Position numbers and translations under genes: made by a program. This document shows, piece by piece, positions 1 through 9,155 of a stretch of DNA of 64,000 nucleotides. Origin of the DNA: Candidatus Latescibacterota bacterium (GTDB lineage: Bacteria; Latescibacterota; UBA2968; UBA8231). How positions within the stretch are numbered: the first letter of the stretch is position 1; each line of letters begins with the position of its first letter. Where the stretch lies: assembly GCA_965248265.1 (NCBI GenBank), contig CBDFJF010000001.1:1920001-1984000 (forward strand), in the 5' to 3' direction. Under the pieces are notes generated by a model. The model had not been told where the DNA came from. It worked only from the letters and a program-made list of their open reading frames with translations, and did no database searches.

Positions 1-1
1 A

Positions 2-133
2 TGGTTGTACCGGCTCATTCAGGAACCGAGGCGGATGTGGAAAAGGTACCTCACTACCAACAGCGTTTTCGTGTGCCTCTTTATCGTCGAATTCATTAAA
101 CGCCGGATTCTCTTCCTCCGTGAGGAGGTATAA
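2..133 (+). CDS. WecB/TagA/CpsF family glycosyltransferase, 3' end only (runs off the left edge)
   Basis: My translation from position 2 gives WLYRLIQEPRRMWKRYLTTNSVF...EEV*, the EWxxRLxxEPxRxWxRY C-terminal signature of the family. Not in the ORF track. Confidence 0.85.
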   Translation, partial: WLYRLIQEPRRMWKRYLTTNSVFVCLFIVEFIKRRILFLREEV

Positions 134-215
134 GGCGATGCGAGTGGCCAGCCTCTCCAACGTTGCTCGACCAGTAGCCATCAATCAAGAACTATTTGAT
201 TTAGGAGGCGAATGA

Positions 216-1091
216 ATGGTTGGTCTTAAAATGCTCATTCCAAATCTTCAACCCGATATTGCTGAAGCATTTGAGGAAGTCATTTCCTATTTTCCCCAAG
301 CAGCTCAAAGTAGGGCTCTTAATAAGAGTTACTATTCCCATCTTTTTTTTCTGTCGAAAATTAAAGAGCTAATGCCCAATCTGGAGGATAAGCATGTTTT
401 AGATGTTGGGGCTGGAGGTGGGCTGGAAGCTTTGACTGTAAAAAAATTAGGGGCCACCGTTACTGCTGTCGATACTTGGACTGAATACGATGAAGAAGAA
501 GATAATCCTATTGGACGAGTGTCTGATATCATAGCTCGATATGACAGCGCGGAGATAGCGCGGCATGAGTGCGATATTATGACATCATCTCTCCCTTTTT
601 CAGATAACAATTTTGATATGGTTCTCTTTTCAAATGTTTTAGAGCATTTACACGGTTCTCCAAAGTTTCCTTTAACAGAAATGGTTCGAGTCTTAAGACC
701 GGGCGGCATTTTACTTTTGGCTGTGCCTAATATTGCTAATCTTCGTTGGCGCATCAATTTATTGTTTGGCAGAAGTCCGCTTGGGTCACTGGATGCCTGG
801 TACTTCAGTGATCCATTCCATGGACATATTCGAGAATATACCCCGGCAGAAGTTGAGACGATGGTTCGTTGGCTGGATTTAACACTGATAGGGACTTGGC
901 CTAACGATGGCCTGATTTGGAATACAAAGGTACCGACTAAGGAATATGCACTTTATGAGCGGAGTCTTAAGTTTACGAGCCTGTTTCAATTAGCGAAGAT
1001 TCCGTACTTTGCGTTAACGGCGCTTATACCCAATCTACGATATGGGATTGTCACTGCTGGCTCAAAGCAAAAGGCTGTTAAAGAAACATGA
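216..1091 (+). CDS. Class I SAM-dependent methyltransferase
   Basis: VLDVGAGGG motif I, LPFSDNNFDMV, VLEHL, RVLRPGG; AGGAGG RBS upstream; clearly more AT-rich than the rest of the window. Confidence 0.88.
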   Translation: MVGLKMLIPNLQPDIAEAFEEVISYFPQAAQSRALNKSYYSHLFFLSKIKELMPNLEDKHVLDVGAGGGLEALTVKKLGATVTAVDTWTEYDEEEDNPIGRVSDIIARYDSAEIARHECDIMTSSLPFSDNNFDMVLFSNVLEHLHGSPKFPLTEMVRVLRPGGILLLAVPNIANLRWRINLLFGRSPLGSLDAWYFSDPFHGHIREYTPAEVETMVRWLDLTLIGTWPNDGLIWNTKVPTKEYALYERSLKFTSLFQLAKIPYFALTALIPNLRYGIVTAGSKQKAVKET

Positions 1092-1168
1092 TTGTATAGA
1101 AGGTGTATTGCAAATGAGCAAATATACTTTGCAAGAGTGCTCTAGGATATTGGTTATGTTGTAACAAT

Positions 1169-2308
1169 TCAGTCCGCACCGACTTCCAACCGTATCTCGT
1201 TGAAGAAGACGCACCCGATCTCATCGGATTGTTTCGTGCGCACAGTCCATCCCATCTCTTCTTCGATTTCCAGTCCGTCCAGTGACAGATCGAGCAGTCC
1301 CGTCGTGGTCTCATCGACCGGCATTTCGACAGCACCACGTGCTCCCTTGATGACAAGTACACCGGTCCCCGCGACAAAGGCAACGTCGATTGTGACGCGG
1401 GTAACCTCCCCGCTGATTCCCTTTAGCCGCGTTTCAACCGAGCTTCCGTCGACCGTCGACAGCAGCCGTCCGAAGTGATTCGGCTGATGCATCGGGACAT
1501 ACGTCAGGGAGCCGTCCCCGGAATCCGGATGAGGCCGCAGGTTGATCGTCCCGGAGTGGCCGAGCAGGATGTCCGTATCCGACCAGTCGACATACACCAA
1601 CGGGTCGCGTCCGGTCGCCATCCACTGCTCAAACCATACATCCGTCCGATTTGACACAGCATACTGCCGCGGGTGATCCGACTCCAGGACTTCCCTGGCT
1701 GACATCAGATCATCTCGCGACGATCTGTTGCGCCGAAAGACTGTCCCCCAGGTCACGTCGAAGAGCCGCCATAGACCACCTCGCGACGATCCGTTGCGCC
1801 GAAAGACTGTCCCCCAGGTCACGTCGAAGAGCCGCCATTTCCCGTCGTAGTAGACTTCGGCGCAGATATGGCTAAAGTTCTCCTCCGGCGTCTCACCGTG
1901 CATGTAGAACTCCACGCTGCGCGCGCGAAGCCCCGTGCTGTCGGCCAGCAGCAGGAACGTTGCAACCTGATTGCCGCAGATCCCTGCTCCCATCGACAGG
2001 CATGATTCCGGATCCGTTGGCACTGGTTCCCCCGCCCGCGCGAGAATCGCATAATTCAGGGGACTCAGGCGCGACTGGACAAAGTTCATGATGGCGGTCG
2101 CATGGAAGAAGCCGCCTGACAGGCCGTGCGGCCGCTCGCCGAAATGCGCCACCTGCCGCTCGATCAGCCGGGCTGCCTGATCGACATATGATTCCTCCCG
2201 CGAACCATCAGACGGTAATTCCTCGCCGAAGGCACCGGGCACGCCGACAACAGTGGCGCAGATGCTGAACAGGATTGGCAACCGGATTTCTCTCGCGCGG
2301 ATGTTCAT
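1169..2308 (-). CDS. Secreted transglutaminase-like (papain-fold Cys-His-Asp) protein
   Basis: GICGNQ...SHICAEVYYDGKWRLFDVTW transglutaminase-core motifs. Hydrophobic signal-like N-terminus from ATG 2308, which overlaps the upstream stop (ATGA). Confidence 0.75.
   Translation of the reverse strand: MNIRAREIRLPILFSICATVVGVPGAFGEELPSDGSREESYVDQAARLIERQVAHFGERPHGLSGGFFHATAIMNFVQSRLSPLNYAILARAGEPVPTDPESCLSMGAGICGNQVATFLLLADSTGLRARSVEFYMHGETPEENFSHICAEVYYDGKWRLFDVTWGTVFRRNGSSRGGLWRLFDVTWGTVFRRNRSSRDDLMSAREVLESDHPRQYAVSNRTDVWFEQWMATGRDPLVYVDWSDTDILLGHSGTINLRPHPDSGDGSLTYVPMHQPNHFGRLLSTVDGSSVETRLKGISGEVTRVTIDVAFVAGTGVLVIKGARGAVEMPVDETTTGLLDLSLDGLEIEEEMGWTVRTKQSDEIGCVFFNEIRLEVGAD
1714..1838. repeat. 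In-frame tandem duplication: 59-bp unit, period 66 bp
   Basis: 1714-1772 matches 1780-1838 with 1 mismatch and duplicates WRLFDVTWGTVFRRN. Confidence 0.95.
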
Positions 2309-2700
2309 CGTATTCCATCCGCTCGTCTGGCTCGAACCGGAGGGCAAGCCCATCCACATTGATCCCGCAGTGCTTGGACGAGCTCGCCCACACTGCCACT
2401 AGGCCAGAGCCCGAACTGCTCCGCTTGGACCCGAGCGTCATCGGCGAACTCGAGAAGCAGTTCGCGGTCGTCCCTTCGATCCTCCGCCTGGTATTCGACC
2501 TCGACGGCCCCGGGAGAGCCTTGCCCATTGCGCTGCCTCTCGAAGAACTCCATCTCCTTGCGCGCCCCTTCCAAGAGAGTATCGACGGGGCGGACCACCG
2601 CCACGAGATCGGGCATGGTCTAAATAGCCTCCCCCTGCAACCGCTCAAGCTCGCGCTGCCGCGCTTGCGCATAGGCCGCGACATCTACAAGACCGACCCA
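2305..2700 (-). pseudogene. Truncated gene of unknown function upstream of the transglutaminase-like gene
   Basis: ORFs 2620..2805 and 2305..2616 are in the same frame, separated by one TAG. Codon usage looks coding and the stop overlaps ATG 2308. Confidence 0.4.
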
Positions 2701-3090
2701 TAGCGCAGTCGCGAAAATCACCCGGTTCACGTTACTACTCCATTGCACACCGCCCATATCTTTGATACTGCACAACCGGTTGGCGTTGACTGTAGTTGAT
2801 CGCATCGATATAGGCTCACAGTTGGCCTATAGGGTACGGAGATTCGGAGGAGGGACCAAGAGGAGCACAAGGGGCTCAACATTGGGCGTGTGTATATGCC
2901 CTTCTCCCACCTTGAAATCCGCTGTCGGGTTCACCTTTTTCTGAGGGATTCTCGGATTTAAACCTGCCCCACCAACTCCCGGACAAACACGTGAAAACAC
3001 CGGCTCTACTGCTGCCCAGCCGCCATATCCACTCCCAGCCCTTCCTAAAGGGTGTCTGCAACCACCTCTGTAAGTCCCTGTGAACACTGA

Positions 3091-4045
3091 TTGATTTTCT
3101 GCGAGACTTTGCGGATCGCCGAACGGCTTGAGGACGAGCATCGCCAGGTCCGGCTGGGATATGGGCCAGCGCCAACTTCGGCCGACGGTTCAGCAAGCGC
3201 GACTTTGCGGAGGTGCGGGTCGAGTACTTGTCTTGGGGTCAGGCTCAAGGAGGACATGGAGGTCGCCCTTTGAGCGTTGTGCACGCTCGTACGCGGCGAA
3301 CGAAGCTGGGTCGGTGGCAGGATCACCTTGGGCTGTCCACGTTGGGTGATTTGTCTGGAATCCTCCCCCGTGCTGAGAGGGCTCTACGCGAGCTACAAAC
3401 CGCAGGTCGCGCTGGTAAAACCCTCACCAACTACGTCGGCACACTCGGGGCCTTCTGCAAATGGTGCGTCCAACGAGGCTACTTGGCAGACGATCCCCTG
3501 GCGGCAATCGCTCCTTTTGATACGACACCGCAGACAAGACGCCGGGCGATGGCCTCTGACGAGATCGCGGCGCTGCTGGAGTCCAGCCCTGCGCATCGTC
3601 GCCCCCTATACGAGGTTGCCTTCCTTACTGGGCTGCGGGTGAACGAGCTGCGCAATCTGACCGTGAACCATCTCGATGTTGAGAGCGGCGGCCTGCGATT
3701 GGACGCTGAATGGACAAGAACCGCAAGCCAGGTTTCCAGCGAGTCGCCTACATAAACCTGATCATCGAAAACGGGGTCAGCGTCAAGGAAGCACAAGAAC
3801 TGACCCGACACTCCTCGCCGCAACTCACCATGAACATCTACGGCCGAGCCCGGCCCGAACGTCTAACCCAAGCCGGGGAAAAGGTCGGTGAAACGATCCT
3901 TCAGACTGTGAATCGTGCAACATACGTGCAACGCCTGGCAATGGGCGCAGAACAAGAAAACGCAACCCCTTCGCCTACAAGACGTTGCGTCTCCAGGAAA
4001 CTGGTAGCGGCGGAGGGATTCGAACCCCCGACCCATGGATTATGA
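3091..4045 (+). pseudogene. Tyrosine recombinase/integrase relic (frameshifts and internal deletion)
   Basis: Fragments in different frames: ETLRIAERLEDEHRQVRLGY; KTLTNYVGTLGAFCKWCV; LYEVAFLTGLRVNELRNL (box I); AQELTRHSSPQLTMNIY (box II/catalytic Tyr). The segment carrying the HxxR His is missing. Confidence 0.88.
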
Positions 4046-4078
4046 TTCCACTGCTCTAACCAACTGAGCTACGCCGCC
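4002..4078 (-). tRNA. tRNA-Met (CAT), elongator type, CCA encoded
   Basis: Reverse complement GGCGGCGTAGCTCAGTTGGTTAGAGCAGTGGAATCATAATCCATGGGTCGGGGGTTCGAATCCCTCCGCCGCTACCA folds as a 77-nt cloverleaf. It lacks initiator features; Ile2 is not strictly excluded. Confidence 0.93.
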
Positions 4079-4094
4079 GCTTGCAGAGGAGCAA

Positions 4095-4122
4095 AACGTA
4101 CTGGGTCGCGGTCTTTTGTCAA
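4095..4122 (-). promoter_or_regulatory. sigma70-type promoter for the tRNA
   Basis: Minus strand TTGACA-N16-TACGTT, ending 16 nt before the tRNA 5' end. Confidence 0.65.
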
Positions 4123-4284
4123 CAGAGCGCGACCCGCCCACCGCTGTGAAGGAACGGTAACAGTGCTGTTTCGAATCAGTAACCACAGCGGTCCGAATGT
4201 GGGTGCCGTTCTTTCGATCCCGCACGAGTTAAACCCTCCACAAATAGAGACATACAGCTACTGCACTGCCGTTGCCATACAACC

Positions 4285-4300
4285 TGGCACGGGGGCTGCT
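4285..4300 (+). promoter_or_regulatory. Candidate sigma54 (-24/-12) promoter
   Basis: TGGCACGGGGGCTGCT has GG-N10-GC spacing and is close to the TGGCACG-N4-TTGCW consensus; about 100 bp upstream of GTG 4399. Confidence 0.5.
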
Positions 4301-4398
4301 AAGTCGACACCGAGATCTCATTGCGGAGCGGCTGATTGACAACAAATGCTTCTGGCCGTGCCCGCCGTCCCTTCCACCTCCAACGGATTGAGGTCCAT

Positions 4399-6918
4399 GT
4401 GAAAGTCTTTAGCTTGCTGCTCCCCGTTCTTCTTTCGTTGACACCGCAGATTGCATCTGCGCAACTCCTCATTCATGAAGTGCTTTATGACGGAGCCGGA
4501 ACCGATGCCGACGACGTCTTTACCGAGATCGTCGGGGCACCCGGTTACAGCCTTGCCGGATGGCGTCTTGTCGGCATCAACGGTGGAAATGGGGAGATCT
4601 ATCGAGACCTGGACCTCACCGGTGCCATGATCCCGGCTGACAGCATCCTCGTCATCGCTACCAGCAATGCTGAGGGCATTGTGCTGGAAGAAAGGGACTT
4701 CGACGCGAATGTCGACTGGCAGAACGGGCCGGATGCTGTTCAGTTGCGGGACTCGACAGGCACGGTCATCGATGCATTGCAGTATGGCGACGCTGGCGAA
4801 TTCAACTCAGGCGAGGGAGTTCCGGCGAACTCGGTACCTGCGGGAAGGAGCCTGTCGCGCGATAGGTCGAGTAGCGATAGTGATGACAATGCTGCCGACT
4901 TCTCCCCCCTCAACCCACCAACTCCGGGCTCACTCAGTGGAAATGAACTGAGGTTGTCGATTCCGGATACGTCGGCCGCCTACAACGATACGCTGGTAGT
5001 ACCATTGCGCCTCAGTGGCACCACCGGCAGGGGGATTCTGGCCGCAGAGGTGTTCGTCAGCTTCGACGGTGACTTGCTGACGGCGGACTCGGCCAAAACC
5101 ACAGCCATGAGCGACGGCTGGACCGTGGTCTTCAATCGAGTGTCCGGTTCTGATGGTCCGGTAGACACATTGAAAATCGCCATGGCCGCTGATGCCGACA
5201 CGCTCGAAGGCAGTGGTGATATCGTTGCCGTCCACTTTGACGTCAGTGACCACCGGCGACCCGCCGCGACAACGATTGCCCTCGAGCACGCCCTGTTCAA
5301 CGATGGCTCTTTCGAGCCGATCCTCGTCGACGGGCGCTTGTCGATCATCGGCAATGACGCTGCCATGGCCATCCTCCCCGCCACTCCAGTCGATCCTCCT
5401 GATGATCTCTACTTCGAGCTTTTCGACATGGATGAAAATCGCGACATCACGCTTGCCGATGCGTTGAAGATTCGCGTTGACGGAGACACCCAGGTCGAGT
5501 TACTAACGACCGTGGAGACGGGTGTGACCACCGGCTTCTTCCGCGGCTCCCTTCCCGTCGTCATCGGCTCCGCTCTATCGAACAACGGCGTCCTGGAAAC
5601 GATTCCGGGTGAGACGCTGACGTTCTGCTATGATGACAGTTTGACGGCAGATGGGCAAACGCTGGAGCGATGTGTGGTCACAACTGTAGCTGCCCATGAC
5701 GGACAACTCTCGACAACTGTGGTCGCCGAACCCGGAGACACGCTGCGAGTACAACTCATCGATGAAGATCTCAACTGGGACCCAGCGTCCATCGAGATGC
5801 TCGAGCTCTACGCCATCAATAGCACATCACCCGACACAGAGCAGGTCGCTCTGAAGGAGGCCAGTCCGGATGACAGCGTCTTCGTCGCCGTCCTGCCGAC
5901 ATCTGCGGTTTCGGCGACTACCGGTGACAGCCTGGTGAGCGTCACTGGAGGCGATGTGATCTCGATCACCTATGCCGACGAACACCGAACCTCCGGAAGC
6001 CCGGCCACCGTCCTCGACACCAGCTTCGTCGTCGCTCTCTTCGGAGATGCTGATCGCAACGGCCTGCTACAGGCTCTCGACGCCGCGGCCGTGTTGGGCC
6101 ACGTGCTGAATCCGTCGCTGGCCGGCATCGACTCCCTGGCCGCCAACGTGGATTCGTCCGCACCGCAAGGTGCAATCACTCCTTTCGACGCGGCCCTGAT
6201 CCTCCAGCACCGGGTCGGAATCCGCCACCGCTTCCCCGTGCAGGAATCAGGTTCCAGCAACCACCCATGGACAGACGCGCAGAGCCCGGCTGGCAAACCG
6301 CTGGTTCAGAGATCGATTCTGGAACCCCGCGTCGAGACCGAATACGTCTCGATCTGGACGGAAGACCGCTCTCAAATTATTTCGGGTGAGGTCTCGATAG
6401 AAGGCGTAATCGGAGAAGTGCAGGCCGCCGTGGATCTGAGCCATTTTCTAGTAGCCTTTCGCCCGTTCGACGGAGGTGTCCGGGTCGTGATGGCTGGCGC
6501 CTCCCCTGTGCCTGGGCCAGGAGAACTGCTCCGTATCTACCCCAGTGAACCGGTGACGGCGGTGAGAATACTGGGTGGCAGTTTCAACGACGGCCAGATC
6601 ACCGTACCGGTTAGCAGGGATCCACCTGCCTCAACGCCGAGCAGCTTCGCCCTGCATGCGAATTACCCCAATCCATTCAATCCAGAAACCACGATAGGCT
6701 TCGACTTACCGAGCCCGGCTGACGCGCTGCTGGAAGTCTTCGATGTTGCAGGACAGCTACAGAGGGTCTTGCTGGCTGGCAGGATGGAAGGGGGGCGGCA
6801 TCACGTCGCGTGGGACGGACGCGATGATGCAGGAAGGAGGGTCGGTAGCGGGGTGTATTTATACCGGTTGCGGACTGGAGTGTCGGATGAAGCCCGGCGA
6901 ATGGTGCTATTGAAGTGA
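4399..6918 (+). CDS. Secreted multidomain protein: lamin-tail domain, cohesin, two repeated beta-rich modules, dockerin, C-terminal FlgD-Ig/sorting domain
   Basis: GAGG RBS plus GTG 4399 and a signal peptide; LLIHEVLYD...PTPG (LTD); LSIPDTSAAYNDTLVVPLRL (cohesin-like); GDADRNGLLQALDAA...ANVD...ITPFDAALIL (dockerin-like); HANYPNPFNPETTIGFDL...WDGRDDAG...GVYLYRL. Confidence 0.82.
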   Translation: MKVFSLLLPVLLSLTPQIASAQLLIHEVLYDGAGTDADDVFTEIVGAPGYSLAGWRLVGINGGNGEIYRDLDLTGAMIPADSILVIATSNAEGIVLEERDFDANVDWQNGPDAVQLRDSTGTVIDALQYGDAGEFNSGEGVPANSVPAGRSLSRDRSSSDSDDNAADFSPLNPPTPGSLSGNELRLSIPDTSAAYNDTLVVPLRLSGTTGRGILAAEVFVSFDGDLLTADSAKTTAMSDGWTVVFNRVSGSDGPVDTLKIAMAADADTLEGSGDIVAVHFDVSDHRRPAATTIALEHALFNDGSFEPILVDGRLSIIGNDAAMAILPATPVDPPDDLYFELFDMDENRDITLADALKIRVDGDTQVELLTTVETGVTTGFFRGSLPVVIGSALSNNGVLETIPGETLTFCYDDSLTADGQTLERCVVTTVAAHDGQLSTTVVAEPGDTLRVQLIDEDLNWDPASIEMLELYAINSTSPDTEQVALKEASPDDSVFVAVLPTSAVSATTGDSLVSVTGGDVISITYADEHRTSGSPATVLDTSFVVALFGDADRNGLLQALDAAAVLGHVLNPSLAGIDSLAANVDSSAPQGAITPFDAALILQHRVGIRHRFPVQESGSSNHPWTDAQSPAGKPLVQRSILEPRVETEYVSIWTEDRSQIISGEVSIEGVIGEVQAAVDLSHFLVAFRPFDGGVRVVMAGASPVPGPGELLRIYPSEPVTAVRILGGSFNDGQITVPVSRDPPASTPSSFALHANYPNPFNPETTIGFDLPSPADALLEVFDVAGQLQRVLLAGRMEGGRHHVAWDGRDDAGRRVGSGVYLYRLRTGVSDEARRMVLLK

Positions 6919-9041
6919 GCGTCAAGAAGACAGCGCGACCTCGATGCCCGGAGAAAATGAGAGCGATTCGACTTCAGCAAGGGCAGCTCGGCATGCGATG
7001 GATCGCAAACTTGTGCCTGGTAGCTCAGGCAGGAGCGGTTCCGGATCTGGGTGCGATCGATGTCGCCGTGGCAGTGCCGATCTTCGAGATCCAGGGGGCG
7101 GATCATCACTCGGCATTTGCTGGGGATATGGTGAGGACCTCTGGAATCGTCACTGTCGTCGATGATGACGGATTTTTCCTGCAGGATCCCTGTGGCGATG
7201 GCAACGATTTCACGTCCGATGCCATTTACGTGTACACGAAAACGACGCCTGTTACGCGGGCACGCGACCAGGTCGAGGTCGTCGGCAAGGTGATCGAGTT
7301 CATCCCCGGTGGCGAGCGCTCCGCCAACCTGGCGATAACGGAAATTACTCTCTCGGAACGCGTCAATGTGCTTTCATCAGGCAACCCGCTACCACGCCCC
7401 GTTCTCATCGGGCGGAGCGGCCGCCTTGTACCGACAGAGATTGTCGACGATGACAACCTCACCGTGTTCGATCCGCACATGGACGGCATCGATTTCTACG
7501 AATCACTAGAGGGCATGCGTGTTACCGTTGAGGACGCATCGGCCGTAAGCGCCACCAACCGCTTCGGCGAGATATTCACCGTGTCAAACCGCGGGCAGCT
7601 GGCGACGGGGATGAACGCACGCGGCGGAATAGCCATGAGCGAGGGAGATTCCAATCCCGAGCGCCTCCAGATCGACGGCCGACTGCTGGTCGAGCCAATG
7701 CCGATCGTGAAAACGGGCGACCTTCTCGGTGAGGTAACCGGCGTGATGGGGTACAGCTACGGCAATTTCGAGGTTCTCGCTGAGACCGCCCCACAAGTGA
7801 TTTCCGCGGAATGGTCTCCCGAGGTCACCTTCCTGACCGGCGACGAGCATCACCTGACCATCGCCACCTACAATGTGCAGAATCTCGATCCGGGTGATTC
7901 GCCTGAGAAATTCCAACGCCTGGCAGGGCATATCGCGTGGAACCTGCAGTCCCCTGACATCATTGCGTTGCAGGAGGTGCAGGACAACAGCGGTCCGACG
8001 AATGATGGCGAGACTGCCGCAAACGTAACGGCCTCACTCCTGACGCATGCCATTCTTCAAGCCGGGGGGCCGGCCTACGATTACTACGACCTGGCCCCGG
8101 CCGATGGCAGAGCGGGAGGGGAACCCGGCGGCAATATCCGAGTGGCCTATCTGGTCAATCCGGGCAGGGTAACGTTGGCTGGATCCTTGCAATTGCTCGA
8201 GGATACCGGGCTCGACACCTTCGACCGTTCCCGCAATCCGCTCGAAGCAATGTTCCTCTTCAATGATGAAGAGATCATCCTGATCAACTGCCATTTGACC
8301 TCGAAAGCCGGGAGTGCGCCGCTGTTTGGATCAATCCAACCTCCTCTGATAAGTGGCAGGCACAAAAGAAAATCGCAGGCCGTTTTCCTGAGAAATCGCG
8401 TCGCCGTCTTGCTCGACCGTGACCCTCCAGCCTGCGTCATCCTGCTCGGAGACCTCAATGCCACTGAATTTTCTGAACCGCTACAGATACTGACCGGAGA
8501 GCCCCCGCTCTTCCTGAACCTCGGCACAACACTATCAACAGCTCAACGGTACTCCCACAATTACCAGGGCAATGCCCAGATGATCGATCATATCCTGGTC
8601 AATGCGGAAGGCATCCCTCCTGAGACCGCTCTTGATGTCGTCCACGTAAACACCGGTTTCGCGGACCAATCCAGTGATCATGACCCACTCATCGCCCGCA
8701 TTGCTGTTCCACTGAGAATTGACCGGTTATCGCTCAACGACGCCGAGACCGTGGGTAATTCCGCCCAATTGCAGCTTTCGCAAAATTCTCCAAACCCTGT
8801 CGGGGAGACTACGCACATCTCTTACCTGCTATCGCATCCTGGAATTGTTCAGCTGAAGATTTTCAACATCGCAGGTCAATTGGTTCGGACACTGGTAGAC
8901 ACCTACCAGGACCGTGGACGCCACCAATCCGCATGGAATCTTGTTGACCAGGGCGGGACGGCAGTAAGCAATGGCATCTATTGCTATCAGTTGAGAGTGG
9001 CCAGTACGACACTGTGCAGGAGCATGGTCGTCAAGAGGTGA
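6915..9041 (+). CDS. Extracellular endonuclease/exonuclease/phosphatase-family nuclease (ExeM/NucH-like, OB folds) with C-terminal FlgD-Ig domain
   Basis: IFEIQG, GFFLQD, YESLEGMRV, IATYNVQNL, DIIALQEVQD, GDLN, IDHIL, SDHDP; SQNSPNP C-terminal domain. Start may be 6957 or 6993. Confidence 0.88.
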   Translation: MSVKKTARPRCPEKMRAIRLQQGQLGMRWIANLCLVAQAGAVPDLGAIDVAVAVPIFEIQGADHHSAFAGDMVRTSGIVTVVDDDGFFLQDPCGDGNDFTSDAIYVYTKTTPVTRARDQVEVVGKVIEFIPGGERSANLAITEITLSERVNVLSSGNPLPRPVLIGRSGRLVPTEIVDDDNLTVFDPHMDGIDFYESLEGMRVTVEDASAVSATNRFGEIFTVSNRGQLATGMNARGGIAMSEGDSNPERLQIDGRLLVEPMPIVKTGDLLGEVTGVMGYSYGNFEVLAETAPQVISAEWSPEVTFLTGDEHHLTIATYNVQNLDPGDSPEKFQRLAGHIAWNLQSPDIIALQEVQDNSGPTNDGETAANVTASLLTHAILQAGGPAYDYYDLAPADGRAGGEPGGNIRVAYLVNPGRVTLAGSLQLLEDTGLDTFDRSRNPLEAMFLFNDEEIILINCHLTSKAGSAPLFGSIQPPLISGRHKRKSQAVFLRNRVAVLLDRDPPACVILLGDLNATEFSEPLQILTGEPPLFLNLGTTLSTAQRYSHNYQGNAQMIDHILVNAEGIPPETALDVVHVNTGFADQSSDHDPLIARIAVPLRIDRLSLNDAETVGNSAQLQLSQNSPNPVGETTHISYLLSHPGIVQLKIFNIAGQLVRTLVDTYQDRGRHQSAWNLVDQGGTAVSNGIYCYQLRVASTTLCRSMVVKR

Positions 9042-9155
9042 AGTCGACGATTCTGCTGACCGTCTCCGCCAGGGTCAAGCGGTCGACCTCGACGCCCAGA
9101 ACGTTGGCCCGATGTTTGCCGTGGTCGGCTGTCGCCCCCGTGCGCACTCACCGTC

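Noticed and set aside
1714-1838. CRISPR-like repeat
   Set aside because: Only two copies, in frame within a CDS, with a 7-bp gap and no cas genes. No CRISPR array was seen in the window.
2700-3090. Possible IS end or ncRNA upstream of the integrase relic
   Set aside because: No paired inverted repeats, transposase fragment or recognisable RNA fold was found.
4002-4078. Initiator tRNA-fMet assignment
   Set aside because: The first acceptor pair is G-U rather than a C-A mismatch, and the anticodon stem lacks three consecutive G-C pairs.
9042-9155. Bidirectional terminator between convergent genes
   Set aside because: No convincing hairpin with a U-tract.
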